42,243 nucleotides of DNA from an uncultured Pseudorhodobacter sp. (GTDB lineage: Bacteria > Pseudomonadota > Alphaproteobacteria > Rhodobacterales > Rhodobacteraceae): contig CAMFIX010000001.1 of NCBI GenBank assembly GCA_945952425.1, forward strand, positions 1 to 42,243. Direction: 5' to 3'. The notes under the pieces were generated by a model. The model searched no databases and was not told the origin of the DNA. It saw only the letters and a list, made by a program, of their open reading frames with translations. The translations under genes were made by a program, and so were the position numbers. Position 1 is the first letter of the stretch; every line of letters begins with the position of its first letter. Positions 8,556 through 16,577 of the stretch are shown here, piece after piece.

Positions 8556-9007
8556 TGGTTCGGGGGCCGCAACGGCTTTGGAATGTGCTGCGCACAACGA
8601 CCGATTGGGCGTCGGTGAACGACCTGGCGGTCGCGGCCGACATGAAAAACAGCCGGGCGAATGCGCGGCGACTTCTGCGCCTTTGGGCCGCAGAATGTCT
8701 GTGCGAACGACGTGACGACGGCCCGAAGATCCCTGGGGCGGGGGCCTATTATCGGGGCATCGCTGGAATGGCGCCGATCGCGCCCCGGACCCGGCACCCA
8801 GCCAATGGGTCAGGGGTCGTTGAATGGTCCATGTCGGGCGCTGAATTCGGCGCCATCCGGCAGCGCCTGGGGCTCAGCCTCACCGGTTACGGTGCGGCGC
8901 TCGGGTTCGCCGGCCGTCGGGAGTCGGTGATGCGCGCGGTCCGGCGCCTCGAGGCCGGGCAATCCATCATAGGCCCCGATCTAGCGGCGAAGGCGCGGGC
9001 GCTTTAA
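8552..9007 (+). CDS. Putative transcriptional regulator with C-terminal XRE-type HTH
   Basis: MSGAEFGAIRQRLGLSLTGYGAALG...VRRLEAG; wHTH-like N-terminus. Confidence 0.65.
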   Translation: MMVRGPQRLWNVLRTTTDWASVNDLAVAADMKNSRANARRLLRLWAAECLCERRDDGPKIPGAGAYYRGIAGMAPIAPRTRHPANGSGVVEWSMSGAEFGAIRQRLGLSLTGYGAALGFAGRRESVMRAVRRLEAGQSIIGPDLAAKARAL

Positions 9008-9019
9008 CGGTCGATGCTC

Positions 9020-9253
9020 CTATCGCGCCGCCGCTCCGGGACAGGCCGCGCCCTGCACCCAATAGGCGCTGGTCAGGGCGGCCTGCGTGTCCTCCGTGTC
9101 GGCCCGAGAGGGTCGGATCAAACTGTCGCGCCAGGCGATGCAGATCTCGCGCTCAGTCGCGGTAGACGACGTCGGCGGGGCGCACGACGCGGCCAGCAGC
9201 ATCATGCACACCACCCCGAATGCGGTCAGCCCGCGCGCGGTCCTTTGTCTCAT
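9020..9253 (-). CDS. o-spanin (Rz1-like lipoprotein)
   Basis: Lipobox LAASC; overlaps the i-spanin in another frame; end of the lysis cassette. Confidence 0.7.
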   Translation of the reverse strand: MRQRTARGLTAFGVVCMMLLAASCAPPTSSTATEREICIAWRDSLIRPSRADTEDTQAALTSAYWVQGAACPGAAAR

Positions 9254-9374
9254 CTCTGGCCCTCTGGGTTTTGCGGTCGTGGCGCAGGAGTGCCGCCACG
9301 GCCAGCAGGATAAGCAGGATCGCGCCGCCGATCTGGGCGGCGACGCGGGTGAAGGGGTTGTCGAGGAGCCACAT
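9153..9374 (-). CDS. i-spanin (Rz-like)
   Basis: N-terminal TM (GGAILLILLAVAALL) followed by a charged helix. Confidence 0.7.
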   Translation of the reverse strand: MWLLDNPFTRVAAQIGGAILLILLAVAALLRHDRKTQRARDETKDRARADRIRGGVHDAAGRVVRPADVVYRD

Positions 9375-9463
9375 CAGCGGCCCATCCGGCGCGCGAGCGC
9401 ATCGAGGATCAGGCTCAGCCGCCAGTCGGGCAGAAGCCGGGGGATCAGGCGCAAAAGCCACAT
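9374..9463 (-). CDS. 29-aa mini ORF MWLLRLIPRLLPDWRLSLILDALARRMGR
   Basis: Fills the gap between the endolysin stop and the i-spanin start, with TGATG coupling. Confidence 0.45.
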   Translation of the reverse strand: MWLLRLIPRLLPDWRLSLILDALARRMGR

Positions 9464-9464
9464 G

Positions 9465-10418
9465 TCAGCGGCCAAGGTTCGCGCCGCTTCGGGCATCGCG
9501 CACTCGCGCCTGCTTGATCCGCCGCGACCAGATGAAGATGCCGGCAAGGAGCCCGCCGACGATGAGCAGCGGCCAGTTCTCGACCACCAGCGCCCGGAGC
9601 TGTGGCAGCACCCCCGTCGCCTGCGCAGTCGCGTCCTTGACCGCCGTCAGCGTCGCGGTCACCCCGGCCACGCCCGCCGCCACGTCGATCCGGTCGGCCG
9701 AGGCAAGCGTCTCGGACCCGCGCTTGCGCAGGTCTGCGGCCGTCACGTCGCGGCCCCCCCGGGGCGTCGCCTTTTCCAGCGCGGTCCAGGTCTCCGGCCC
9801 GACCACTCCATCCACCCCGATCCCCGCGTCTGCCTGAAAGGCCAGCACGGCCGCCCGCGTCAGGGGGCCGAACTCGCCGTCCTTGGCGCCCGCGAAATAA
9901 TCAAGCCGCGCCAGCTGGTCCTGCAGGTCAAGAACCATCGCCCCCCGCATGCCCGCCTCGACCGTCGCGCGGCCGATGAAGGGCTGCGCCGCCCCGTCGG
10001 CGCGGCGGATCGCCAGCACCTCCTCGACCGGTAAAGCGGCTTCGGACACCTGGTCGCCCTGATTGCCGCCGATGACGTGGATCTTCGACCCCGCCCAGCT
10101 CAGGAAGAAGGCCACATGGCCCTGCGGCGGGCGGCCGCGCTTGAAGACGACGATGTCGCCAGGCTGCGCATCGCGCGTGGCCACGGCCCGGCCCCACGTC
10201 ACATAGGACCGCGCCATGAGGTTGCCCGACGGCTGGATGCCGCACTCGGCCAGGACCGCGCCGACGAAGGCCGCGCACCAGGGCACGTCGTCCGTCAGGC
10301 CGGGATGACCCGCCCGCGCGAAGAAGACCTCGACCGCGGGGTTGGATTTGGCGCCGGGCCACTCCTTGACGCCCAGGTGGGCGCGCGCGGCGGACACGAT
10401 CGCGGCATTCATGCTCAT
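9465..10418 (-). CDS. Endolysin: TIGR02594/NlpC-P60-like peptidase, peptidoglycan-binding domain and hydrophobic C-terminus
   Basis: DDVPWCAAFV, GHVAFF, GGNQ; DGEFGPLTRAAVLAFQ...DGVVGPETW. Confidence 0.85.
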   Translation of the reverse strand: MSMNAAIVSAARAHLGVKEWPGAKSNPAVEVFFARAGHPGLTDDVPWCAAFVGAVLAECGIQPSGNLMARSYVTWGRAVATRDAQPGDIVVFKRGRPPQGHVAFFLSWAGSKIHVIGGNQGDQVSEAALPVEEVLAIRRADGAAQPFIGRATVEAGMRGAMVLDLQDQLARLDYFAGAKDGEFGPLTRAAVLAFQADAGIGVDGVVGPETWTALEKATPRGGRDVTAADLRKRGSETLASADRIDVAAGVAGVTATLTAVKDATAQATGVLPQLRALVVENWPLLIVGGLLAGIFIWSRRIKQARVRDARSGANLGR

Positions 10419-10879
10419 TTGTTCAGGACCTCCCTGACGGTGAAGGGCCCGGACCGCCAGCAGGCGGTCTTGGCCGGAATGATGCCGAGTAGCGGCCGCA
10501 GGACCGTCCGGCAGGTATCGAGATAGTAGGTCCCGGCCGGGATCCACGCGCAGGACGGGTTGTTGTCGGCCCAATCGATCAGGTTGGTCGCGCGAAAGCC
10601 GTCCTGGCCGCCGATGTAGCGCCGGACCCCGGACCCGCTGCAGGCGGTCGCGCCGTCGTCGCCGACCCGGCGCACGGCCGCGAAGAACTCGCCGTAGAAG
10701 GACCAGCGTATGGCCCGGTCCTCGGTCACGGCCGCCGCGCGGCCGACGACCGTGTCGCCGACGATGATCGTGCGGCTGTCGAACCACAGCGTCGCCGGCG
10801 CAAGCCAGGCCGCGGTATAGACCGCGAGTGCGGGCCCGAGGATCCACCCGCGCGAGGCGGTGCGCAGGGCCCGCATCAT
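10415..10879 (-). CDS. Membrane-anchored hypothetical protein in the lysis cassette
   Basis: Hydrophobic N-terminus and four Cys; ATGA overlaps. Confidence 0.65.
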   Translation of the reverse strand: MMRALRTASRGWILGPALAVYTAAWLAPATLWFDSRTIIVGDTVVGRAAAVTEDRAIRWSFYGEFFAAVRRVGDDGATACSGSGVRRYIGGQDGFRATNLIDWADNNPSCAWIPAGTYYLDTCRTVLRPLLGIIPAKTACWRSGPFTVREVLNK

Positions 10880-11118
10880 GGCGCGCCGCCAAAGAGGGCG
10901 CGCACGCGCTCCCACTGCGACAGGATCGCGACCAGCCCGGCCATGAGAACCAGAAGCCGCTGCCCCCACCAGCCGAGCGCCTTGACCCGCTCGATGAAGA
11001 CGATCCCCTCGCGCAGCGCCTCGATCTCTTCGTGCGAAAAAGGGAGCTGCGGGTCGGCCTCCAGCCGGTCCGCAAGGCGCTTCACCTGTTGGGCCAGGTC
11101 GGCCGGATCAATCGTCAT
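10876..11118 (-). CDS. Putative holin
   Basis: 80 aa with one TM helix, upstream of the endolysin. Confidence 0.55.
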   Translation of the reverse strand: MTIDPADLAQQVKRLADRLEADPQLPFSHEEIEALREGIVFIERVKALGWWGQRLLVLMAGLVAILSQWERVRALFGGAP

Positions 11119-11127
11119 GGTGCGTTC

Positions 11128-14100
11128 TCAGACGACCGCGCCGCCGGCTTTCCACGGGTGCGCGTTGGCCGCCGAGGCGGGCCCGACGATGCGGCCATTC
11201 GTGCGCAGGTTCGTGTCCACCGCCGGGCGGCCGCCGCCCGTCACGCAGTCCTGCCAGACCTCGGCCTTGTAGATCGTGCCGATGACATTGTTCGTCGTCC
11301 CGCCCGACCGCGCCAGAAGGCAGAGCTTGCGGGCGGCGCTGGACAGGTTGCCGCTGTTGGCCGCCAGCGTCCGCGCTGTCGTCGTCCCGTTCAGCGTCGT
11401 CCAGGCCGTCAGGGCCGCCAGGTCGACCGCCACCACCACATCGAACCGCGTCGCCGCCGCGACCGACCCGATCACGACCGAAGACAGCGCCACCGCGTTC
11501 GCGCTGTCCTTGATCGACAGGAAGAGCCGCCCGTCGGGCACCACCTGAAGCGAGATGTGGCCATTGTCCATTTCGTAAAGGTAGGTCGTGGTCCCGAGGG
11601 CTGCGACCGACAGGTCGAGTGCGATGGTGATCAGGCCCCCGGTCGTCGGCCAGTTGACCAGGTCCTTGAACCGGGTGAGCTGACCCGACTGTGTGGTGAA
11701 GCTCGTCACTGCCGGCAGGGTGTTGGCCAGGACCGAGGCCGCCGGCAGCGGCTCGACCGGGATGCCGTCGACGCCCGCGACCGACAGGTCGACGATCGGG
11801 TAGTTCATCCAGAGCCCGTTCTGCAGGTCCTGCGGGAACTGGATTTCCCCCGTTCCGTTGCCGCTGCCGAAGGTCAGCGCGTCGGACGATATGAAATTCC
11901 CGCCGCCCGGCTTGGTGATCCGGACGCGCCCGGACCCCTGGATCACGGCCGAGGTGACGGGGCTGCCGTTGACCTCGAACCCCACCACTTCCGTCCAGTG
12001 CGGGTAGGTCGCGGGCAGCGCCGCCAACCCCCGCTTCTTGCGGGTCGTGGTGATCGCCCCGGCCGAGGACCAGACCTCGACCCAGGCGCCAGAGGCGTCC
12101 CAGAGGCAATTGTCGAACTTCGGCGCCGTCCAGGCCGTCAGCCCCGCCGCGCTCAGCACCGTCAGCATGTGGTGGCGCGCGTGCAGCGAGGCCCCATCCA
12201 CAGTAGCGGCCGCCGGGTGGGTGATGTCGGTCCAGCTGCCCGCCCCGTCGTCGCGACCATTCTGGTAGGCCATGACCGAGTAGCCCATGGGCGCGAACAT
12301 GGTGGCATTCGCGTTGCTCATCAGCGCCCGCCAGCCATCGCGGCAGGCCTGCTTGTTCTGGGCGCCGATGTAGGCCGCGCCGCCGACGTCATGCAGTGCA
12401 TCCCGCTCGGTCTGGGTGATGTCGAACCGGTGCGGGCCATGGGCGACCCACTTGGTGAAGGCATAGTCGTAAAGCTCGCCGAACCAGTGGTCGGCCTGGT
12501 AGCTGCCGCCGCCGGTATAGGTGATCGTGCCCGGGATCGTGACCGCCGCACCGCCGAGCGTCTTCTTGGCGATCAGCGGGAACAGCGCCTCGGTATAGGC
12601 GGTCCCAAGGCTGCCGGGAGAGGCGAACCAGCTCATCGACGCCAGGCCGACCTTGCGGCCGTCCGAGGTAGCCGCATTGTGCAGCGCCAGGTCGTCGGTC
12701 CACTTCCGGCCGACATTGGCGTTGTCGACCAGCCCCCGGAAGTCGGTGCCCGGGATCGCATGGAGCACGATCGAAAATTTCTCGCCCGGCCGCGCCGCGA
12801 CCAGCTGGGCGGCCAGGGCCGACATCTGGGCCGTGACCGGCGCCGCCGTGGTGATGAAGGCCCGCGCGATCCCCGCCGCCCCGTCGCCCGCGTTGAAGGT
12901 CTGCGGGAAATAGTACATCTGGACCGCCTCGGGGTCCGGCACGGTGACCGACGCGGCCCCGGAATACGCCGGCCAGGCGATGTAGGCGATTTCGGACTGG
13001 CCCCACATGGCGATGACATGGCCGACGCCGAAGCGGTTGGTGCCCTGGGCCGTGACCCCGGTCTGCGTCTTGATCCGAACCTCGGGCTTGTACCAGCTCG
13101 AGGACCTGGGGACAGAAATCGCGCCCGACCAGACGCCTCCGGCGATGGTCGACACGTCGACCCAGGCGGTCGAAGTCGCGCCCGCGTCATCGACCGACAA
13201 GGCACGGGCCTGCACCACCATGCCGTCCGTCCCGGTGCCGGACAGCGGCACCGAGGCGCTGTTCGCGGCAAAGGCCGCCCGGCTGTCGTAGATGATCCGG
13301 TCGGCGGTAAAGGCGGCAACGGCGATCGTCGCCGCCGAGGTCGTCGTGGCGCTGGCCGAAGCCGACCAGGCGCCCGCGCCGATCGCATTCACGGCGCGCG
13401 TCTGCACCTGGTAGGCGGTCCCGGCCGAAAGGCCCGACAGCGTCACGGGCGAGGTGACGCCCGCCTGCACGGTCCAGCTGGTGCCGCCGTCCGCCGAGAA
13501 GCGCAGGTCGCGCGAAGTGATCGGCGAGCCGCCGGTCGCGGGGTCGGCCGCCAAAGTGGCCACCATGCCGCTTGCGGTGACCCCCGACAGGGTCGGCGCG
13601 GCCATCTGCGCCGGCGACGTGGTCGCGGCCGAGGTCGAGGCACTGGCCGAGGCCGACCAGGCGCCCGCGCCGATCGCATTCACCGCCCGCGCCTGCACCT
13701 GGTAGGCGGTCGAGGGCGAAAGGCCCGAAAGCGTCACGGGCGAGGTGACGCCCGTCTGCACGGTCCAGCTCACCCCGCCGTCCGCCGAATAGCGCAGGTC
13801 GCGCGCCGTGATGGCCGCGCCGCCATTGGCCGGATCGGCCGCCAGCGTGACCGTGATCGCGCTCGAGGTGACGCCAGACAGCGCAGGCGCGCCCATCTGC
13901 GAAGGCGCTGTCGCGGCCGCCGCCGTCGTGGCGCTGGCCGACGCCGACCAGGCGCCCGCGCCGACGGCATTCACCACGCGCGCCTGCACCTGGTAGGCGG
14001 TCGAGGGCGAAAGGCCCGAAAGCGTGACGGGCGAGATGACGCCCGCCTGCACCGTCCATGTGGTGCCGCCGTCAGCCGAGAACCGCAGGTCGCGCCCGGT

Positions 14101-15426
14101 GATGGCGGACCCGCCATTCGCCGGATCGGCCGCGAGCGTGACCACCATCCCGCTCGAGGTGATGGCCGACAGCGCGGGCGCCGCCATCTGGGCCGGGACC
14201 GTCGCGACCGCCGCCGTCGTGGCGCTGGCCGAAGCCGACCAGGCGCCGGCGCCGACGGCATTCACTGCGCGCGTCTGCACCAGGTAGGCGGTTGCAGCCA
14301 CCAGCCCCGACAGCCCGACGGGCGAGGTGACGCCCGCCTGCACCGTCCAGGTTACGCCGCCGTCGGCCGAAAAGCGCAGGTCACGCCCGGTGATGGCGGA
14401 CCCGCCATTCGCCGGATCGGCCGCGAGCGTAACCAACATGCCGCTCGAGGTCACTCCCGACAGGGCTGGCGCCGCCATCTGCGCCGGGGCCGTCGCGGCG
14501 GCCGAGGTCGAGGCACTGGCCGAAGTGGACCAGGTGCCCGCACCGACCGCATTCACTGCGCGCGTCTGCACCTGGTAGGTCGTCGCGGCCGACAGGCCGG
14601 TCAGCGTCACGGGCGAGGTCACCCCCGTCTGCACCGTCCAAGTCGTGCCGCCGTCCGCTGAATAGCGCAGGTCGCGCCCCGTGATCGGCGAGCCGCCGGT
14701 CGCGGGGTCCGCCGCCAGCGTGACGATGATCGCGTTCGACGACTGGACCGCCAGCCCCGGCGCCCCCATCTGGCCAGGTGCTGTGACATTCGCGGGCGTC
14801 GCGACGCTGGCCGATGCCGACCAGCCTCCCGCGCCGACCGCGTTTTCCGCGCGCGTCTGCACCTGGTAGGCGGTCCCGGCGCTCAGCCCCGATAGCGTCA
14901 CCGGCGAGGTCACGCCCGACAGCACCACCCAGCTCACCCCGCCGTCTGCCGACCAGCGCAGGTCATGGGCCGTGATCGCCGCGCCACCGTCGGCCGGGTC
15001 CGCCGCCAGCGTGACCGTGATCGATGCCGACGACACCGCGACCAGGCCCGGCGCGCCCATCTGGCCCGGCACCGTCGCTCCGCCCGTCGCGCTGATCGCC
15101 CCGTCGACCAGCAGCTCCAGGTAGCCGTGATCCGGCGCGCGCAGCGTGCGCCCGTCGGCGAAGGTCACGCCGAACTCGGCATCGAGGATTCCGCCCTGCG
15201 CCAGATCACCCGGCGCCCAGTCGTACTGCACCAGCGCGGATGGCCCGTCGATGATCGTGGCCGGCGCCGAAATCAGCGTAGCGCCGCTCGCCCGGTCGCG
15301 CGCGTAAAACCAGGCGGAGGCGCTGGTGATGTCGCCCGCGCCCGCGATCTGGTAGCGGATCGAGGGCGCCGTCGCACCGGACTTGATCTGAAATTGGCCG
15401 CGCTGGACCAGCTCGTAGATGCTCAT
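11128..15426 (-). CDS. Large virion appendage protein: BppU-like N-terminus, six fibronectin type III repeats, SGNH/esterase-like domain and lectin-like C-terminus
   Basis: VQYDWAPGDL...AEFGVTFADG N-terminus; FN3 GL..T.YQVQ.RA.NA.GAG.WS; GVGHVIAMWGQSE. Confidence 0.8.
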   Translation of the reverse strand: MSIYELVQRGQFQIKSGATAPSIRYQIAGAGDITSASAWFYARDRASGATLISAPATIIDGPSALVQYDWAPGDLAQGGILDAEFGVTFADGRTLRAPDHGYLELLVDGAISATGGATVPGQMGAPGLVAVSSASITVTLAADPADGGAAITAHDLRWSADGGVSWVVLSGVTSPVTLSGLSAGTAYQVQTRAENAVGAGGWSASASVATPANVTAPGQMGAPGLAVQSSNAIIVTLAADPATGGSPITGRDLRYSADGGTTWTVQTGVTSPVTLTGLSAATTYQVQTRAVNAVGAGTWSTSASASTSAAATAPAQMAAPALSGVTSSGMLVTLAADPANGGSAITGRDLRFSADGGVTWTVQAGVTSPVGLSGLVAATAYLVQTRAVNAVGAGAWSASASATTAAVATVPAQMAAPALSAITSSGMVVTLAADPANGGSAITGRDLRFSADGGTTWTVQAGVISPVTLSGLSPSTAYQVQARVVNAVGAGAWSASASATTAAAATAPSQMGAPALSGVTSSAITVTLAADPANGGAAITARDLRYSADGGVSWTVQTGVTSPVTLSGLSPSTAYQVQARAVNAIGAGAWSASASASTSAATTSPAQMAAPTLSGVTASGMVATLAADPATGGSPITSRDLRFSADGGTSWTVQAGVTSPVTLSGLSAGTAYQVQTRAVNAIGAGAWSASASATTTSAATIAVAAFTADRIIYDSRAAFAANSASVPLSGTGTDGMVVQARALSVDDAGATSTAWVDVSTIAGGVWSGAISVPRSSSWYKPEVRIKTQTGVTAQGTNRFGVGHVIAMWGQSEIAYIAWPAYSGAASVTVPDPEAVQMYYFPQTFNAGDGAAGIARAFITTAAPVTAQMSALAAQLVAARPGEKFSIVLHAIPGTDFRGLVDNANVGRKWTDDLALHNAATSDGRKVGLASMSWFASPGSLGTAYTEALFPLIAKKTLGGAAVTIPGTITYTGGGSYQADHWFGELYDYAFTKWVAHGPHRFDITQTERDALHDVGGAAYIGAQNKQACRDGWRALMSNANATMFAPMGYSVMAYQNGRDDGAGSWTDITHPAAATVDGASLHARHHMLTVLSAAGLTAWTAPKFDNCLWDASGAWVEVWSSAGAITTTRKKRGLAALPATYPHWTEVVGFEVNGSPVTSAVIQGSGRVRITKPGGGNFISSDALTFGSGNGTGEIQFPQDLQNGLWMNYPIVDLSVAGVDGIPVEPLPAASVLANTLPAVTSFTTQSGQLTRFKDLVNWPTTGGLITIALDLSVAALGTTTYLYEMDNGHISLQVVPDGRLFLSIKDSANAVALSSVVIGSVAAATRFDVVVAVDLAALTAWTTLNGTTTARTLAANSGNLSSAARKLCLLARSGGTTNNVIGTIYKAEVWQDCVTGGGRPAVDTNLRTNGRIVGPASAANAHPWKAGGAVV
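13327..15072 (-). repeat. Six tandem 291-bp (97-aa) FN3-coding repeats
   Basis: CGCAGGTC recurs every 291 bp from 13502 to 14957. Confidence 0.95.
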
Positions 15427-15492
15427 GCAGGCCTCTCGGGCCGGTCCCGCGCTCTGGCGGGCCGGCTATGGATAAGGGGGGATTGGGGCGGG

Positions 15493-15975
15493 TCAGACGG
15501 CGGCGTAGGTCAGGAAGAAGGTGTCCAGGTCCGCCTCGCTCCGGCCCGCCGACAGGGCCAGCGCCACGACCAGCGGGTTGAGGCGCTCGACCATCGTCGG
15601 GCGCTTGGCGCGCGCCGTCGCGGCGAAGCGCTGGCCGGCCGGCAGGGTGGCGATCAGCGCGGCGACCGGCGCGGGCAGCGTGCCGTCGAGCCAGGCCTCG
15701 GCCTCGGCCGTGGTCAGCCACCCCTCGGCGTCGAGGCCGATCAGCAGCTGCGCGAAGGACAGGCTCATCATGTCCCGCAGGATGGCGGCCGTCAGGGGCT
15801 GCGGATCGACGGCCTGCGGCACCCCATCGGCGCCCGGCACAATCTCCTTGCCCGCCCGCTGCGCCTCCATCAGCTCGGCATGGTAGGCGTCGGTGATCTC
15901 GACCAGGTCGGGCGGCAGGTCCGCGTAGGCCAGGAACTCGGGGAAAAACCCGCGCAGCGAGGGCGAATACCGCAT
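15493..15975 (-). CDS. Tail fibre assembly-like protein
   Basis: YSPSLRGFF...P.DLVEITDAYHAELMEAQRAGKEIVPGADGVP pattern; follows the fibre gene. Confidence 0.7.
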   Translation of the reverse strand: MRYSPSLRGFFPEFLAYADLPPDLVEITDAYHAELMEAQRAGKEIVPGADGVPQAVDPQPLTAAILRDMMSLSFAQLLIGLDAEGWLTTAEAEAWLDGTLPAPVAALIATLPAGQRFAATARAKRPTMVERLNPLVVALALSAGRSEADLDTFFLTYAAV

Positions 15976-15977
15976 GG

Positions 15978-16577
15978 TCAGTTCCCGATCGCCAGCCAGC
16001 TGGCCGTGACCGGACCGCTGGTGCCGCTGTTATTTGTGGCCGTGAAGCCCGTCGTCGCCAGGGCGCGCGAGCCCACCGAAAAGCCGGAGGTGTTGTTCGC
16101 GGACGTGATCGGCGACACCAGCGCCCGGAAGCAGGCGGCAGGGAAGGTCAGCGGGAAGGTCACCGCCTGGCCGCCACCCGCCGCGATCGTCCCCGTCACC
16201 CCCCACTGCAGGATGAGGCCGCCCGGCAGGGTGATGTAGCCCGGATCGCCGATCGACGAGGCAAAGCCCAGCATAGTGGCCAGCGTCGCCATGTCGATGT
16301 CCGCCTCAGGCCCCGCCGACCCGCCCGAGTTGCCGCGCACCCTCTTGGACCCGATCGTCTCGGCCCCGACGGCGATCCAGCCGGTGTTCGCGGCATTCCG
16401 CAGCCTCCAGACGGCCGGGGTCGCGCTGGTATCGAGCCAGACCATGCCCGCCACCGTCGGGCTCGGCGCGGCCGCCCCGCTGTTGGACGACTGGATCGCG
16501 CCGAAAATCCCGTTCATGGCGGCCCTGACGGCCGCGCCGCCGCCATTGGCGACCGACCAGTTCGTTACCTGCGACAT
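15978..16577 (-). CDS. Short tail fibre protein (gp53-like C-terminus)
   Basis: GYITLPGGLILQWG...VTFPLTFP...WLAIG. Confidence 0.8.
   Translation of the reverse strand: MSQVTNWSVANGGGAAVRAAMNGIFGAIQSSNSGAAAPSPTVAGMVWLDTSATPAVWRLRNAANTGWIAVGAETIGSKRVRGNSGGSAGPEADIDMATLATMLGFASSIGDPGYITLPGGLILQWGVTGTIAAGGGQAVTFPLTFPAACFRALVSPITSANNTSGFSVGSRALATTGFTATNNSGTSGPVTASWLAIGN

Noticed and set aside
10828-14661. 1277-aa + strand ORF and other long antisense ORFs (e.g. 17279-19060, 24692-26113, 30323-31723)
   Set aside because: Arg/Gly/Pro-rich shadow frames opposite well-supported genes, expected at high GC
13327-15072. Regular repeats as a CRISPR array or DGR template/variable pair
   Set aside because: The 291-bp units are in-frame coding repeats with no spacers; no cas or reverse transcriptase gene seen
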